Shown: in pieces, positions 61,598 through 64,000 of the stretch
Position numbering within the stretch: position 1 is the stretch's first letter
How the letters are laid out: every line of letters begins with the position of its first letter
DNA from: Asterionella formosa
Lineage: Eukaryota
Direction: 5' to 3'
Assembly: GCA_002256025.1 (NCBI GenBank)
Contig: NKIB01009348.1
Coordinates: forward strand, 1-64,000
Length of the DNA stretch: 64,000 bases
Notes under the pieces: generated by a model
Database searches by the model: none
What the model was told of the DNA's origin: nothing
What the model saw: the letters and a program-made list of their open reading frames with translations, nothing else
Made by a program: the position numbers and the translations under genes

Positions 61598-62701
61598 ATG
61601 TTAATGGATGAGATGGTACCTACTGGGCTTGCTTTTCTGCCCGTTGGCAACGGCGATCGATTAATAACGAAGCAGAAAACTACTGCTTCTTCCTTTGCTC
61701 GTTGGATTCCTTATCGGCACAGACTTGTACGGTTACTTTTTAGTGTTACACTTTGTACTGCTATACGAGCATCACCACACGACATTCAATCCTTACTGGA
61801 ACAAGTATTGGCATGCAAAACAGACCCAACGTTGTGGCGTCGGCTTGGAAAGCTCCAGTTGGATGCAGGCGAGTATGCAGAGGCTCGTCGAATTTTTTGT
61901 CAAGGTTCCAAGTTCTGTCCGCTTGACGATAGCCTACTTCATCACGTGAAAGTTTGGGATGTCTTTCACTCGGATGATACACAGTCGACTGCGTGCGGAG
62001 CTACCCTGCAGCCTCTGAAAATGCCAACGAGCAACAACATATTTTTATCTATAAATGTGCCTGATGTACCCACGTCTGTTCAGATGTGGAGAGGATCTTG
62101 TCCCCCATTGGAACGAACGACTTTGGTTCATGCAAGTCGAGAGCCCATCTTGAGTCGAGCGGCGTGTAAATTCCTCATCGATGAAGCAATCCTTGTTGCC
62201 AAGAAACGTGGTTGGACAACAGACAGGCACAAGCAAGCGCCTACCTGTGATATCCCTGCACATGATTTGACTCCTGATGCACAAGTATGGATCCGACAGG
62301 CCTTTCACAACGTACTGTTCCCTCTCATTAGTAGCGCATTCATCAATCAGCTTGACCTGAAGGACCTTCGCATCCAAGATTGCTTCGTTGTACGTTACGA
62401 TGGGAATAATAGTGGCCCTGGATTTGCTGCGTTGAAACCTCATGAAGATGAATCGTTGATCTCCCTCACTATTGCACTCAACGATATGCATGAATACGAG
62501 GGAGGTGGATTGTTTATTAAATCAACGGGAGACTTGTTGAACGGTGATGCAGGAACAATCATGTGCTTCACTGGAGGCTTGCTTCATGGAGGATATCCGG
62601 TTTCGGAAGGGACACGGTGGATTTTAACAGCCTTCCTATATCCAGATTCCAATCAGTCGGGAAGACCTCCAGGATATACGTTACAAGGTTTATCCACTTG
62701 A
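61598..62701 (+). CDS. TPR plus 2OG-Fe(II) oxygenase (prolyl/lysyl hydroxylase-like)
   Basis: TPR LWRRLGKLQLDAGEYAEARRIF. Catalytic motifs FVVRYD, LKPHEDES, YEGGG, HGGYPVSEGTRWIL. Confidence 0.88.
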   Translation: MLMDEMVPTGLAFLPVGNGDRLITKQKTTASSFARWIPYRHRLVRLLFSVTLCTAIRASPHDIQSLLEQVLACKTDPTLWRRLGKLQLDAGEYAEARRIFCQGSKFCPLDDSLLHHVKVWDVFHSDDTQSTACGATLQPLKMPTSNNIFLSINVPDVPTSVQMWRGSCPPLERTTLVHASREPILSRAACKFLIDEAILVAKKRGWTTDRHKQAPTCDIPAHDLTPDAQVWIRQAFHNVLFPLISSAFINQLDLKDLRIQDCFVVRYDGNNSGPGFAALKPHEDESLISLTIALNDMHEYEGGGLFIKSTGDLLNGDAGTIMCFTGGLLHGGYPVSEGTRWILTAFLYPDSNQSGRPPGYTLQGLST

Positions 62702-63178
62702 ACGGAAATTTGAGAATGACGAGGGAGGATTCGTTTTCTCACCAAAGCATGCGTTTCGATTCCTAGTCGTATATCTGTATATTGCCTTCCATGACACTTA
62801 ATGAAAACCATCAAGGAGCAGCAAGATGAACAGACACGGTGAGAGAACGGAAAAACTTTCTGGTCTGGTCTTTTTTCCTCATTTCCATACTCCCATGTAG
62901 CAATATGGACCACACCGTCACAGTCGCCTGTTCGTTGGCTGGACAAATTGAGTGTCAAGGGTGCTTCATTCCCACCTAGTGACATCCATCCATTCTTCGT
63001 GGCATCATCAGATAAGGAGACATAGATCTTTGTTGGATGGTTTCTATCCTATTTCATAATACTAGCGAATGAAATAGGGGGATATAAAACATGTCCTATA
63101 GAAAATTTGGCCATATAAATCAACTATTTGGCCTTTACCTGACCCCATCAGCATCAATCACAAATATCCGATAAAGGC

Positions 63179-63958
63179 TTACTTTGAGACTTGTTCCTCC
63201 TGCTGCTGTTTGGTCAAGAGTCCCCAAATATTGAGCTCTGACATAAATTTACCCACAGTGTCCAAGGATGCCGTTGTCAGTTCGTACCTCTCCAGTTCCA
63301 TGCCAAGCATCTTCACTTGAACTGACAACAACGCGTGGTCCAGGCGGTAGGCCCGCAAGCTAACATCGTCGTCATCGCCACCCGGATCGACCAATGCCAT
63401 CGCACGGGGTGATGGCTTGAACGTTTTCTCCTTCTTGTCGTCCCTTGAACTTTCCTTGACTTGCACTGGCGGCACTGGCGTTGCCTTGTCCACGCAATGT
63501 AGAAAGTGGTTCCACACAATTGTCTGTTGCGCATGGCTTTTCGCAAGCGATACCTTGTCCAGCTGATCTTGCAAATGATCGTGCATTTGCGACTGATAGC
63601 TATTCGCTAATATCGCTCGCTCTCCATAATGCTGCTCGAGGGAGTCTCTCGATTCTTGGAAGAACTCCAGCTGTCGCTGCAGTTCGGCTTCGACCGCTTG
63701 TTTGCTGAGCTGCGTCGTCATAATGTCTCGTTGCAATTGATTCAATAGATTGCGCTTCTTCCCCATGGGAATGAAATTGGGGTTTTCGGCAATGAAATCT
63801 TTCCAGGAGTCTTCAAACTCATGAACCATACGCACATCGGGTTCGGTAAGTTCCATGTCAAGTTCTTCTGGCATTGTGGAAATGCCATCCGTTGAAGCGC
63901 TTTCGAGACGCGAGGGTGAGTTCGAGCATGCACTGTAAGAGGTATCGATGGCGGACAT
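63179..63958 (-). CDS. Hypothetical coiled-coil protein
   Basis: 259-aa ORF with heptad-like Q/E/L-rich helices; no family recognised. Confidence 0.75.
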   Translation of the reverse strand: MSAIDTSYSACSNSPSRLESASTDGISTMPEELDMELTEPDVRMVHEFEDSWKDFIAENPNFIPMGKKRNLLNQLQRDIMTTQLSKQAVEAELQRQLEFFQESRDSLEQHYGERAILANSYQSQMHDHLQDQLDKVSLAKSHAQQTIVWNHFLHCVDKATPVPPVQVKESSRDDKKEKTFKPSPRAMALVDPGGDDDDVSLRAYRLDHALLSVQVKMLGMELERYELTTASLDTVGKFMSELNIWGLLTKQQQEEQVSK

Positions 63959-64000
63959 GGTCTATTGTGGAAGGCTGGGTGAGAGATGAGGGAACGCAAA

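Noticed and set aside
62653..63180. Extra 3' exon for the 63179-63958 gene (its stop overlaps GTAAGC)
   Set aside because: Splicing to the AG near 63049 adds only ~23 unremarkable residues. Cannot be supported without transcripts.
52346..63958. Functional gene cluster (SufA, DHODH, DUF4239, RecQ, oxygenase)
   Set aside because: Functions and predicted compartments are unrelated. Tight spacing is ordinary for a compact genome.
1..64000. Numerous short antisense or overlapping ORFs; tRNA/rRNA genes; Fanzor/TnpB-like nuclease
   Set aside because: Short ORFs are shadows of real genes or of low-complexity DNA. I saw no tRNA cloverleaf, rRNA or RuvC/zinc-finger motif set by eye.

Overview
Eukaryotic genomic DNA, most likely a diatom (inferred from short GT-AG introns, bipartite signal+transit peptides cleaved before F/W, and diatom-type gene families). 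Compact gene islands alternate with AT-rich decayed-transposon tracts at about 1-2.4, 6.3-8.8, 13.8-18.5, 22.6-26.7, 36-39.4 and 46-47.3 kb. Recognisable genes: head-to-head RPL34/RPL36, an NTF2-like protein, a SHAQKYF MYB factor, a DUF151/BFN nuclease, a kinase-PDZ-PP2C fusion, a single-pass membrane protein, KIX-like and USP8-dimer-like proteins, an ATP-grasp ligase, a SPRY-META protein, SufA/IscA, class 1A dihydroorotate dehydrogenase, a DUF4239-like protein, RecQ and a TPR-2OG oxygenase. Mobile DNA includes a TAA-flanked PIF/Harbinger element, a TA-flanked MITE, an IS630/Tc1-mariner-like transposase relic and a probable LTR/gag fragment. The strongest candidates for novelty are (i) the plastid-targeted STN7-like kinase fused to a PP2C phosphatase and (ii) TACC/GGTA palindrome clusters upstream of most genes. 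The TIRs also show CpG-deamination scars. All domain calls are by-eye motif recognition; no searches were run.
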